Source of the DNA: an uncultured Bdellovibrionales bacterium
GTDB lineage: Bacteria; Patescibacteriota; Minisyncoccia; Moranbacterales; UBA1568
NCBI GenBank assembly: GCA_964537075.1
Contig: CAZIBB010000002.1
Coordinates: 1 to 45,763, forward strand
Length of the DNA: 45,763 nt
Direction of reading: 5' to 3'
Shown here: piece after piece, positions 16,859 to 25,853 of the stretch
How the letters are laid out: every line of letters begins with the position of its first letter
Position numbering within the stretch: position 1 is the stretch's first letter
Position numbers and translations under genes: made by a program
Notes under the pieces: generated by a model
Database searches by the model: none
What the model was told of the DNA's origin: nothing
What the model saw: the letters and a program-made list of their open reading frames with translations, nothing else

Positions 16859-16887
16859 TGATATACCCATTATAGCATGGAAAACCC
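16859..16887 (-). promoter_or_regulatory. near-consensus promoter TTTACA-17-(TGc)TATAAT
   Basis: On the minus strand, the -35 TTTACA is at 16882-16887 and the -10 TATAAT is at 16859-16864, preceded by TGC, with a 17-nt spacer. It points toward the terminator-like hairpin and the CAP-domain gene. Confidence 0.55.
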
Positions 16888-17014
16888 CTCTTGTAAAGAT
16901 AATACTTCCTAGGTTCAACAAGTAAGTGCAACACGAACGAATTAAACACTTCCAAAGGAGTCAGCCAACCCAGTCTCTTCCTTGGCAAAGTATATCATGG
17001 GCTGTTCGGGAAAT

Positions 17015-17935
17015 TTACGATCCCTTTCTGATATAATCATAGGCCGAGAGAGCAGCCACGACACCATCACCAGCAGAAATATTATTCTGCTTGTATGGAG
17101 CGTCCGTGGCATCACCGGTAGCAAAAATTCCAGGTCTTGATGTGCCTTTCGTTTTATGATCAATCATAATTTCTCCACGTTCATTCAGCTCGATAAATCC
17201 TTTGACAAATTCCGTGTTCGGTACCATGCCGATTTCCACGAACACACCATCCGTCGGAAAATCAATCACTTTGTCATGCGCCTTATCAAGATATCGCAGC
17301 CCCTCCAATTTCGTTTCACCGAGCACTTCCTGTGCCAGGGCGTTATAAATCACCTTCACTTTCTCCGAAGCGAGAACTTTTTTCTGCGTAACGGCGTCAC
17401 CCTTCAGTACATCTGCGCGCACCATCAAAGCGATCTCCGTCGCATAGGGAAGCAAATCCTCCACCGCTTCAAGTCCGGAATTTCCGCCGCCGACAACGAC
17501 GACCTTCCTGTTACGGAAGAACGGTGCATCACAGGTCGAGCAGAACACCACTCCTTTGCCGATAAACTTTTCCTCACCTGGAATATCGAGATGCCGATGG
17601 CGTCCACCAGTGGCGAGAATGATCGACTTCGTTTCATACGAAAGCCCATTTGTCGCCGTCACCGTATAATGACCACCCTGTTCAGTGATGCCCGAGGCCC
17701 TGATGCCGACAACGATTTCAATCCCCTCCTGAGCACGCAGATGCTTCTCGAGAGATTGGGCGAATTCCCAGCCAGGCAAGGAAACTGTACCGACCCAATT
17801 TTCAATGCTCGCCGAAACGATCGATTGTCCGCCGAAACTCTCCGTAAGAAAAAGCGTCTTCATCTGCTTGCGTGTCGTATAAATTCCCGCTGCAATTCCT
17901 CCTGGCCCGCCGCCAATCACTATAACATCATACAT
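17015..17935 (-). CDS. trxB: thioredoxin-disulfide reductase
   Basis: VIVIGGGPGGIAAG (FAD), redox motif CSTCD, VVVVGGGNSGLEA (NADPH); 306 aa. Confidence 0.9.
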   Translation of the reverse strand: MYDVIVIGGGPGGIAAGIYTTRKQMKTLFLTESFGGQSIVSASIENWVGTVSLPGWEFAQSLEKHLRAQEGIEIVVGIRASGITEQGGHYTVTATNGLSYETKSIILATGGRHRHLDIPGEEKFIGKGVVFCSTCDAPFFRNRKVVVVGGGNSGLEAVEDLLPYATEIALMVRADVLKGDAVTQKKVLASEKVKVIYNALAQEVLGETKLEGLRYLDKAHDKVIDFPTDGVFVEIGMVPNTEFVKGFIELNERGEIMIDHKTKGTSRPGIFATGDATDAPYKQNNISAGDGVVAALSAYDYIRKGS

Positions 17936-18089
17936 AAGCTAAAAAATACAAATTACAAAACACAAAAACCAAACAAAGTACAGAACTCAGATCTCAAAAC
18001 ATAAACTCTCTCTTGGCAGGTTTACACCCTGTGCTTTGAAAGTTGTGCTTTGTTTGGCCTTTGTGTTTTAAAGATTGTGCTTTAAAAAA
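17936..18089. repeat. CACAAAA-word hairpin element, copy 3
   Basis: 17957-17966 aaaacacaaa pairs with 18060-18069 tttgtgtttt. 17969-17978 ccaaacaaag pairs with 18048-18057 ctttgtttgg. Together they form a 22-nt stem with a 2x2 internal loop. The element fills the whole spacer between the gdh stop and the trxB start. Confidence 0.75.
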
Positions 18090-19325
18090 TTAGACCCTTC
18101 CCCGATCCTTCATCGCCTGTGCGACTCGTTTCACGGCGAGCGCATACGCCCCCATCCGTACACTCACATTATACCGCTCTTTTTCCTGCCAGACACCCTC
18201 GATCGCTTTTTCCATTTTTGCCTTGAGTTTTTCCCGCACATCATCCTCTGTCCAAGCATAATTCATCGCATTCTGAACCTGCTCGAAATAGGAAACGGTT
18301 ACACCTCCAGCATTCGCGAGAATATCAGGGACGACCGTCACTCCCTTATCAAGGAGTATTTCTTCCGCTTCCGGCGTCGTCGGACCATTAGCAATCTCAA
18401 TGATAAGCTTCGCCCGTACAAGATGTGCATTATCCCTATGGATAGCATTTTCAAGTGCAGCGGGGACGAGAATATCAGCTGGAACCGAAAGTACAGCATC
18501 GCTTGGGAGTTTTTCACAGTCAATACATGTCTGTAAGTTTCCGGTGACTTTCTTATGCTCATCAACCTCCGGAATATTTAATCCCTCACTTCGATAAATC
18601 GTTGACTTCGAATCAGCGATCGCCACCACCTTATACCCGGCGGCATACAGGAGCCGGGCGAGATGTCCACCACCATTTCCAAATCCCTGGATGGCAACCG
18701 TCGCAGTCTTCGGGAGATGGAGTTTCTCCGCGGCTTTTTCCAAAACATAAAATGCTCCCTGCGCCGTCGCCGTATCGCGTCCGAGTGACCCGCCGAGAGA
18801 AATTGGCTTCCCGGTGATCACCCCAGGGGAGAGATGTCCGAGAATTTTTTCATACTCATCAAGCATCCATCCCATCACGCGCCCATCGGTCGAGACATCC
18901 GGTGCTGGAACATCAGTCTGCGCTCCGATCAACGGGGCGATAGCAGCGGCATAGCCACGGGACAATGCCTCCAGTTCACGGAGCGAAAGTTTCTTCACAT
19001 CCACGATCACGCCACCCTTGCCGCCACCGAGTGGAATATCGACGACTGCCGTCTTCCATGTCATCCACATCGAAAGTGCTTTCACTTCATCAGCTGAGAC
19101 ATTTGGATGAAAACGAATACCTCCTTTATAGGGTCCGCGGGCATTGTTATGCTGACTCCGGAATCCGGAGAACACGCGAGTTGTTCCATCGTCCATTCGG
19201 ACCGGTATCGCCACTTCGAGTATCCGTTCCGGAACATTCAGGCGGACAGAGATATTCGGATCGAGAGCGATGATATCGCTCACCGCTGCGAGCTGCGATT
19301 GCGCCGATTGGAAGGGGTTGTTCAT
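18090..19325 (-). CDS. gdh: glutamate dehydrogenase (Glu/Leu/Phe/Val dehydrogenase family)
   Basis: KGGIRFHPNVSADEVKALSMWMTWKTAVVDIPLGGGKGGV, and the Rossmann motif VAIQGFGNGG. Confidence 0.9.
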   Translation of the reverse strand: MNNPFQSAQSQLAAVSDIIALDPNISVRLNVPERILEVAIPVRMDDGTTRVFSGFRSQHNNARGPYKGGIRFHPNVSADEVKALSMWMTWKTAVVDIPLGGGKGGVIVDVKKLSLRELEALSRGYAAAIAPLIGAQTDVPAPDVSTDGRVMGWMLDEYEKILGHLSPGVITGKPISLGGSLGRDTATAQGAFYVLEKAAEKLHLPKTATVAIQGFGNGGGHLARLLYAAGYKVVAIADSKSTIYRSEGLNIPEVDEHKKVTGNLQTCIDCEKLPSDAVLSVPADILVPAALENAIHRDNAHLVRAKLIIEIANGPTTPEAEEILLDKGVTVVPDILANAGGVTVSYFEQVQNAMNYAWTEDDVREKLKAKMEKAIEGVWQEKERYNVSVRMGAYALAVKRVAQAMKDRGRV

Positions 19326-19454
19326 ATGATTACTTCAAAACACAAATTAACAAAACACAAAAATCCAGACAAAACACAAAATCCGAAAACACAAACTCAT
19401 CCAGTCCCCATCCTTGTTTGGTTTTTGTGCTTTAGGCTTTGTGCTTTCAAAAGC
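19326..19454. repeat. CACAAAA-word hairpin element, copy 4
   Basis: caaaacacaaattaacaaaacacaaaaatccagacaaaacacaaaatccgaaaacacaaac is followed by cttgtttggtttttgtgctttaggctttgtgctttc. Confidence 0.7.
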
Positions 19455-19697
19455 CTATTGCATCTTGAATAGGCTTTTGAGATACGCTTCATCAATCTTT
19501 TTTTTGCCATCCCACTTGCAGGCGAAATCATCCTTCAGAAGCTCAACGCCAAGCATCGCCACCGCCTCGCGGATCGCAGAAATCTGTGCGATCACATCGA
19601 GACAATCCTTTTTCTCTTCCACCATACGACGGATGCCTCTCAACTGCCCTTCGATGCGAGCGATGCGAGATAATATCGGCGAACTTGTTTCTGTCAT
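19455..19697 (-). CDS. CsoR/RcnR/FrmR-family (DUF156) metal or persulfide-sensing transcriptional repressor
   Basis: RIARIEGQLRGIRRMVEEKKDCLDVIAQISAIREAVAMLGVELL is the family signature. The likely start is MTETSSP at 19697 (the track ORF extends to 19751). Confidence 0.8.
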   Translation of the reverse strand: MTETSSPILSRIARIEGQLRGIRRMVEEKKDCLDVIAQISAIREAVAMLGVELLKDDFACKWDGKKKIDEAYLKSLFKMQ

Positions 19698-19711
19698 ACT
19701 CCATAAAATTA

Positions 19712-19734
19712 AATATACCCCATAGGGGTATATT
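19712..19734. promoter_or_regulatory. candidate CsoR-type operator: AATATACCCC-ata-GGGGTATATT
   Basis: Perfect 10-bp arms (19712-21 and 19725-34) with a 3-nt spacer. The site is centred about 26 nt upstream of the repressor ATG. Confidence 0.6.
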
Positions 19735-19766
19735 AGAAGAAACCAACACAACTGTCAAACGGAGCG

Positions 19767-21143
19767 CTATTTTAACTCTCGTACCACTTCCCGAAACTGA
19801 TTTCCTCGATCGAATTCATTCTGAAACAAGCCAAAACTCGTCGCCCCCGGGGAAAGAAGAATACTCTCCCCTGACTTGGCACCGTCAACCGCGAGTGCTA
19901 CCGCCTGTTCCATGGATTCTACCCTCACTATCGTTCCATCGTCTTGGCATCCCATGGCCTGCAAAAGCTTTTCCGTTCCTGCTCCACGGAAAAAGATACA
20001 GCGCTTCGTTTTCAATGGAATCTCCCTCGCAAATTCCGAAAAGTCCAGATTCTTATCATTCCCCCCTGCGATGAGGATGACCGGCTGATCGAATGACCGA
20101 AGCGCCGCTATGGCCGCCTCGGGAATGGTCGCCGCAGAATCATTGAAAAATTTCACACCATCCTTCTCTCTCACGAATTCCAAACGATGCGGCACACCGG
20201 GAAATGTTTCCAGGCCGGAAACTATATCTTCTTTTTTCAATCCGAACGAAAACAGGGCCGCCGTCGCGGCAAGAGCGTTGCGCCGATTATGTGCTCCAAG
20301 GATATGCCACGATGAGAAATCGAACCATGCTTCCTTGGAAGAATTTTTCTGATACATCATTTTCCCTTCCTGTTCGAAAAATCCCTCCGGAATTTCCTGT
20401 CCGGAGAACCGCATCACCCTGCCAGGCGCCTTTCCGATCATCCGGCTCCCCCAATCGTCATCGCCGCTCGCTACCAAGGTATCTTCCGATTTCTGGAAGA
20501 GGAAGATATTTTCCTTATCGGCGACATAGTCTTCCATCGACGCATAATAGTTGAGATGATCGGGATAGATGTTGGTCACCACGGAAATGTGTGGGCTCTG
20601 CTTCATCGACGAGAGTCGCCAGCTCGACAACTCGAAAACGACGACCGCATCCGGATTCAGAGTCAGCAGATTATCAAGCACCGAGACCTGACCGATACCG
20701 ATGCGCGCCACTGGAATATTCGCCTGTTCGAGTATGTGTACAATGAGCAATGCTGTCGTCGTCTTTCCCTTGCTTCCGGTCACTCCGATGACCTGATTCT
20801 GGCAGCATTGAAAAAAAATGCTCGCGTCCGTCTCGACAGGAATACCATGTATCAAAGCCATCTGCACAAACTCATTCGTCCAAGGAATCCCCGGATTTTT
20901 TATCACCAGATCGGTTTCAACGAAGTCCTGCTGATCATGTCGGCCAAGAGTATACCGGATGGACGGAATATCCCGAAGCATCGCGATCGACGAGGCGAGT
21001 TCTGTCTCAGTTTTGGTGTCGGTGATGATAATTTCTTTCGCTCCAGCCTGTGCGAGAAATTTCACGGTTCCCACACCGCCGGAATTGAGTCCTAAACCGA
21101 ACACCGTTACTCGTTTTCCCTGAAAGAAAGAAGTATCGTTCAT
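19767..21143 (-). CDS. murD: UDP-N-acetylmuramoyl-L-alanine--D-glutamate ligase
   Basis: N-terminal Rossmann motif VTVFGLGLNSGG, Mur ligase P-loop GVTGSKGKTTT; 458 aa. Confidence 0.9.
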   Translation of the reverse strand: MNDTSFFQGKRVTVFGLGLNSGGVGTVKFLAQAGAKEIIITDTKTETELASSIAMLRDIPSIRYTLGRHDQQDFVETDLVIKNPGIPWTNEFVQMALIHGIPVETDASIFFQCCQNQVIGVTGSKGKTTTALLIVHILEQANIPVARIGIGQVSVLDNLLTLNPDAVVVFELSSWRLSSMKQSPHISVVTNIYPDHLNYYASMEDYVADKENIFLFQKSEDTLVASGDDDWGSRMIGKAPGRVMRFSGQEIPEGFFEQEGKMMYQKNSSKEAWFDFSSWHILGAHNRRNALAATAALFSFGLKKEDIVSGLETFPGVPHRLEFVREKDGVKFFNDSAATIPEAAIAALRSFDQPVILIAGGNDKNLDFSEFAREIPLKTKRCIFFRGAGTEKLLQAMGCQDDGTIVRVESMEQAVALAVDGAKSGESILLSPGATSFGLFQNEFDRGNQFREVVRELK

Positions 21144-21210
21144 AAAAAAATATCTCTGATAAGCCTATAACCCGTCAAAGATATCACAAAACAGCCATTT
21201 TTACCATTTT

Positions 21211-22803
21211 TCACCAAGAGAAAAGAGATTGGTTGCGACGCAAGACCCTGCCTGATCGGATACCGGAAGATCGGCCCGAGAGAAGGGTCACCTCGCCATT
21301 GATGACAACTTCATGGATGCCGAGAGGATACTGATATGGATTCTCAATAGTAGCGGTATCAATCACCCGCTCCGGATCAAAAACGACGATATCGGCGAAG
21401 TACCCCTCCTTCAATCGTCCGCGCTTTTCAATATGAAAAACCTGCGCCGGCTTACCGGTCATCTTATGTATCGCTTCCTCCCATGAAAGCAGTTTCTCTT
21501 CCCGTACATACCGTCCTAATACGCGCGGAAATGTTCCGAAACTTCTCGGATGGACCTGCTCCCCGGTCTCCTTGTAATCAATCGAATATCCTGAGCCATT
21601 GGAAGAAATAATAGAAAACGGATGTTGGATGCCATGGCGCATATTGTGATCAGAAATAGCCTCAAGCGAAACGATAGCCCGACCATCGCTCGCCAACAAG
21701 ACATCGATGATAATCTCTTCGGGAGATTTTTTCTGCATGGCGGCGATATCGGCGATATATCGGCGCGGCATCATCTTGCTCAAAGAGGAGGAAAGTACCA
21801 TAAGCGTTGTGTAGTCGAGACCTTCTTTTCTCATTTCTTCGACGACCTTGTTTCGCACCCGCACGTCTCGCAGCTGCCGAAGCATCACTTTCCGACCCCC
21901 CTCCGTCACCCAGTCCGGAAGAAAGGTATAGAGTACCGATCCGGTCGTCGTATAGGGATACACATCGAAGCTGATAGGGAGACCACCGGTCGCCGCCGCT
22001 TCAATACAGTTCAAGGCTCCATCAAAAAGATTCCAATACTTTTTCCCGCTCGCCTTCAGGTGGGAAATATGCAGACCAATCTTCGTTTCCTTCGCGGTAT
22101 GGATAGCCTCTTCGATTGATTCTATCAATTCATCCGATTCGTTCCGCAAATACGTCGAATATACTCCGTCAAAACCAGCGGCCGTTTCTGTCAGATCCAT
22201 AATTTCACTGGCCGTCGCACTCTTCGCATGAGTATAGCGCAACCCGGTGGAAAAACCGATAGCTCCTTCCTTCATCGCCTGTTTCAGAAGATGCTTCATG
22301 TCATCGATATCTTCAGGTTTCACAAGGCGATTGACATCATGCAATACTCCGCGACGGAGTGTCCCATGTCCGACGAGTGTGGCGAAATTCACTGTCATTC
22401 TTCTCTTCTCCAGTTCGGCGAGAAATTCTTTCATCGAAAGCCAATTGAAGGAAATCTTCTCCACATCGGTCCACTTCTGAATGGAACGGATAGTATCATG
22501 CGTCACAAGCGGCGCGAGTGAAGACCCCGCATTCCCGCCGATGATCGTCGTCACTCCCTGCCGGAACATACTCTCTAATTCCGGATTCGAGAGAAGCTGC
22601 CAATAAACATCCGAATGATTGTTCACATCGATAAACCCAGGCGCGACATAGCGCCCGATGGCATCGATCACATTCGGCGCCGCTTCATGGGAAAGGTCAC
22701 CGATGAAAGTGATCTTATCTTCCTTGATGCCGATATCAGCCCGAAACATCGGCTTTCCCGAGCCGTCAATCACTGTCCCATTTTTGATGAGAACGTCGTA
22801 CAT
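21211..22803 (-). CDS. amidohydrolase-superfamily enzyme, N-acyl-D-amino-acid deacylase (D-aminoacylase)-like
   Basis: YDVLIKNGTVIDGSGKPMFRADIGIKEDKITFIGDL plus PGFIDVNNHSD, and the characteristic C-terminal GYFADIVVFDP; 530 aa. Confidence 0.75.
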   Translation of the reverse strand: MYDVLIKNGTVIDGSGKPMFRADIGIKEDKITFIGDLSHEAAPNVIDAIGRYVAPGFIDVNNHSDVYWQLLSNPELESMFRQGVTTIIGGNAGSSLAPLVTHDTIRSIQKWTDVEKISFNWLSMKEFLAELEKRRMTVNFATLVGHGTLRRGVLHDVNRLVKPEDIDDMKHLLKQAMKEGAIGFSTGLRYTHAKSATASEIMDLTETAAGFDGVYSTYLRNESDELIESIEEAIHTAKETKIGLHISHLKASGKKYWNLFDGALNCIEAAATGGLPISFDVYPYTTTGSVLYTFLPDWVTEGGRKVMLRQLRDVRVRNKVVEEMRKEGLDYTTLMVLSSSLSKMMPRRYIADIAAMQKKSPEEIIIDVLLASDGRAIVSLEAISDHNMRHGIQHPFSIISSNGSGYSIDYKETGEQVHPRSFGTFPRVLGRYVREEKLLSWEEAIHKMTGKPAQVFHIEKRGRLKEGYFADIVVFDPERVIDTATIENPYQYPLGIHEVVINGEVTLLSGRSSGIRSGRVLRRNQSLFSW

Positions 22804-22839
22804 ATGATAAGAGATGAGTGGTTAAGAATGAAAAGAATA

Positions 22840-23838
22840 TCAGCGGGATACTATCACTGCCAGTTCAACAAGACGATTGGAATATCCCCATTCATTATCA
22901 TACCATGCGATGACCTTTACCAGATCGCCGTCCACCACCTTGGTGAGAGGGAGGTCGACGATACTCGAATAAGGATTGCCGATGAAATCCGATGAGACAA
23001 GCGATTCTTTGGTCACGGCGAGAACACCCGCGTATTTCGCATCATGTGATGCCTCCTCGAGCACGGCATTCAATTCTTCAACAGTTGTTTTTCTCTTCAA
23101 TACGAAAGTGAAATCCGTCACCGATACCACAATTGTCGGTACTCGAAACGATAATCCGTCGAACATACCGGCAAGCTCCGGGATAACTTTCGTCACCGAT
23201 ATGGCGGCGCCCGTCGTCGTCGGAACGATATTCTGTCCGGCGGCACGAGCACGGCGCAGGTCACGATGAGGGCCATCCTGCAAATTCTGATCCGCCGTGT
23301 ATGAATGTGTCGTGGTCATCAAAGCCTTGGCGATGCCAAATTTTTCGTGAATCACCTGTGCGACCGGTGCGAGACAATTCGTCGTGCAGGATGCATTGGA
23401 AATAATCGGCTCCCCCTGATATTCATCTTCATTTACGCCACGGAGGTAGGTTTTGATTTCTCCTTCATCTTTGGCCGGAGCCGAAAGGATGATCTTCTTC
23501 GCCCCCGCTTCGATATGCCCACCCGCCGATTTTCCGTCGGTGAACCGGCCAGTACATTCGAGTACGACATCGACACCCAAATCCTTCCATGGTAATTTCT
23601 TCGGATCCGATTCACCATAGACGGGATATATCTTCTCATCGATGATCAAAGAATTTCCATCTACCCGTACCGCGCGCTGATACATGCCGTAGGCCGTATC
23701 ATGCTTCAAGAGATGCGCCAATGTCTTCGCATCGGTCAGGTCATTGATCGCCACTATTTCCACATCATTCCGTTCCAAGGCGATTTTCAGTGCTGCCCGC
23801 CCGATTCGCCCGAACCCGTTGATCGCTATGCGTACCAT
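22840..23838 (-). CDS. gap: type I glyceraldehyde-3-phosphate dehydrogenase
   Basis: INGFGRIGR and the active site SNASCTTNCLAP; 332 aa. Confidence 0.95.
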   Translation of the reverse strand: MVRIAINGFGRIGRAALKIALERNDVEIVAINDLTDAKTLAHLLKHDTAYGMYQRAVRVDGNSLIIDEKIYPVYGESDPKKLPWKDLGVDVVLECTGRFTDGKSAGGHIEAGAKKIILSAPAKDEGEIKTYLRGVNEDEYQGEPIISNASCTTNCLAPVAQVIHEKFGIAKALMTTTHSYTADQNLQDGPHRDLRRARAAGQNIVPTTTGAAISVTKVIPELAGMFDGLSFRVPTIVVSVTDFTFVLKRKTTVEELNAVLEEASHDAKYAGVLAVTKESLVSSDFIGNPYSSIVDLPLTKVVDGDLVKVIAWYDNEWGYSNRLVELAVIVSR

Positions 23839-23999
23839 AAGATTTTACTTCTTAAAATAAATTACAAACTCAAAATTACAAATCCCAAACAAACCTCAAC
23901 CTTCAATCTCAAAACCTGATTTTTTATTCTATTCTTTTGGATTTTAATTTTAAATTTTGTATTTTTTTGTTCCATACTCCATGTTCACTGCTCTCTGCC
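23839..23999. repeat. CACAAAA-word hairpin element, copy 5 (diverged, ATTACAAA words), plus a solo TGTTC-word segment
   Basis: aaaataaattacaaactcaaaattacaaatcccaaacaaacctcaaccttcaatctcaaaacc is followed by ttttggattttaattttaaattttgtattttttt and then gttccatactccatgttcactgctctctgcc. Confidence 0.55.
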
Positions 24000-24857
24000 T
24001 CATGCCTTTCCGCCGCTCCCATACATCATGATCTTCTTCTTCACTGCATCCTGTACCGCCGATTTTCCTCCCTCGAGCAATCGGCGAATATCGGTTTCAT
24101 CATGCTCTTCCAGATGTTGCTTCACCGCGCCGATAAAAGCGAGACGGATCGACGTATCCACATTGAAGCAGCTGATTCCCATCCCGATAACTTTCTTCAC
24201 TCGTTCTTCGTTCCAATCCGACGAACCATGCAATACGAGCGGAATGGATACCTGGGAAGCGATGGTCTGCAGGCGATCGTAATCCGGCACTTCCCGCTCC
24301 TTGAAGAAACCATGGGCATTCCCAATGGCGACCGCAAGAGTATCGATGCCCGTCTGCTCTACGAATTCGACTGCCTGCTTTGGATCGGTCATATAATTCT
24401 CCCAATTGATTGAGTCCATATTCACCTCGCCGAGATACGGCACATTCCCCAATTCCGCCTGCACCGAAATCCCGCGAAGATGTGCGAGCTCAACAATCTT
24501 TCTTGTCGTCATGAGATTATCGGTATACTCCTTGCGGGATCCATCATACATGACTGATGGAAAGCCTATTTCCATGGCACGCTCCACGATCTCGAAACTC
24601 TTCCCGTGATCGAGGTGGATACCGACGGGAATTTCAGGCGCATAAAACTCAACCATGCCTTTGATCAATTGAAAGATGGCGCGACCACCGGCATAGTCGA
24701 ATGTCTTTTCCGTCACTTGGATGATGACCGGAGACTTCATCTCTTTCGCCGCGAGAACGATCGCTCTCGTCGTTTCAAGATTCACCGTATTGAAAGCGCC
24801 CACGGCATATCCTTCGGCACGAGCTTTTTCAAGCATCTGTTTCACATCAGCGATCAT
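24000..24857 (-). CDS. fba: class II fructose-bisphosphate aldolase
   Basis: YAVGAFNTVNLE, HLDHG, and the 285-aa TIM-barrel pattern. Confidence 0.9.
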   Translation of the reverse strand: MIADVKQMLEKARAEGYAVGAFNTVNLETTRAIVLAAKEMKSPVIIQVTEKTFDYAGGRAIFQLIKGMVEFYAPEIPVGIHLDHGKSFEIVERAMEIGFPSVMYDGSRKEYTDNLMTTRKIVELAHLRGISVQAELGNVPYLGEVNMDSINWENYMTDPKQAVEFVEQTGIDTLAVAIGNAHGFFKEREVPDYDRLQTIASQVSIPLVLHGSSDWNEERVKKVIGMGISCFNVDTSIRLAFIGAVKQHLEEHDETDIRRLLEGGKSAVQDAVKKKIMMYGSGGKA

Positions 24858-24875
24858 ATTCTTCGTGTCTTTTAT

Positions 24876-25661
24876 TTATTTATCCTCTTCGTCGCTTATC
24901 TCCGATTGAGAAAGAAGCGCCGCCATTTTTGTCATCTCATACGGGAAGAGACTTTCCCGCCCGACGAGTACGCCATCCATCTGTGCATCCAGACACACAC
25001 GAGAGAGGAGCGCCTGTTTCACTGATCCTCCATAGAGGACAGGGATCCGATCGGCCGTCTTCAGATCGAACATTTTCGAGAGCACCTTTCGGATGAGAAT
25101 CTTGACTTCCATGATATCCGCGGTCTCCGGAGTGGCATCGGTACCGATGGCCCACCTGGGCTCATAGGCAATGATTATCTTTTCCGCCTGCATCCGCGAG
25201 AGACCTTCGAAAATCGATTGTATCCCACGCTCGATAATGTCTCCTGTTTTCCCGTTCGCCCGCTCATCCGTGGTCTCGCCGATGCACATGATCGGACGGA
25301 GCATCTGTTTCAGTGCCATGTCCATCTTTCTTCGGACGATTTCATTGGTCTCATTGAAATAGAGTCTCCGTTCGCTATGACCGAGAATCACATATTCCGC
25401 ACCATACTGTTTGAGCATGACGGGAGAAGTTTCCCCGGTATATGAACCATCCTTTTCCCAAAACATATTCTGCCCGCCGAGCCTAATGGGAGCCGGAAAG
25501 TGTTCGAACATCAATCCGAAATGGATGCTCGCCGGACAGAGCACATATTCGACACCCGGAAAGAGATGCCCCTTCGTCTCACGGCCGAGTACCGTCAAAT
25601 ACTGCCTCACGTCATCAGGCGAGAGTAAATTCATTTTCAAATTTCCAATCAGATATTTCAT
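24876..25661 (-). CDS. tpiA: triose-phosphate isomerase
   Basis: GNLKMN, ILGHSERR, AYEPRWAIGT, YGGSV. Confidence 0.9.
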   Translation of the reverse strand: MKYLIGNLKMNLLSPDDVRQYLTVLGRETKGHLFPGVEYVLCPASIHFGLMFEHFPAPIRLGGQNMFWEKDGSYTGETSPVMLKQYGAEYVILGHSERRLYFNETNEIVRRKMDMALKQMLRPIMCIGETTDERANGKTGDIIERGIQSIFEGLSRMQAEKIIIAYEPRWAIGTDATPETADIMEVKILIRKVLSKMFDLKTADRIPVLYGGSVKQALLSRVCLDAQMDGVLVGRESLFPYEMTKMAALLSQSEISDEEDK

Positions 25662-25737
25662 ACCATTAAGACAATTTTAACTTTTTCAATTACGCTCTTC
25701 CTCTTCCAAACAGGTAAGCATCAAACAAGAGGTCCGA

Positions 25738-25797
25738 AATAACCAATAATCAATAACCAAAATTCTTCTTTGGTGATTGGTGATTGGGTATTATTTG
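25738..25797. repeat. spacer hairpin built from AACCAATAATC / GATTGGTGATTGG words
   Basis: aaataaccaataatcaataaccaaaa pairs with tttggtgattggtgattgggtattatttg (imperfect reverse complement, short loop). It is followed by CCGCCGGCTGGCGGAT at 25808-25823. Confidence 0.6.
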
Positions 25798-25853
25798 TAT
25801 CTTGGTCCGCCGGCTGGCGGATTGGTTATTAGAATTTATTTTTCCCAGAAAAA

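Noticed and set aside
17940-18090. TAAAAAAT direct repeats at both ends of hairpin element copy 3 (17940-17947 and 18083-18090) could be a target-site duplication.
   Set aside because: No comparable direct repeats flank the other five copies. The motif is low-complexity A-rich sequence, and the right copy overlaps the gdh stop codon. It is probably coincidental.
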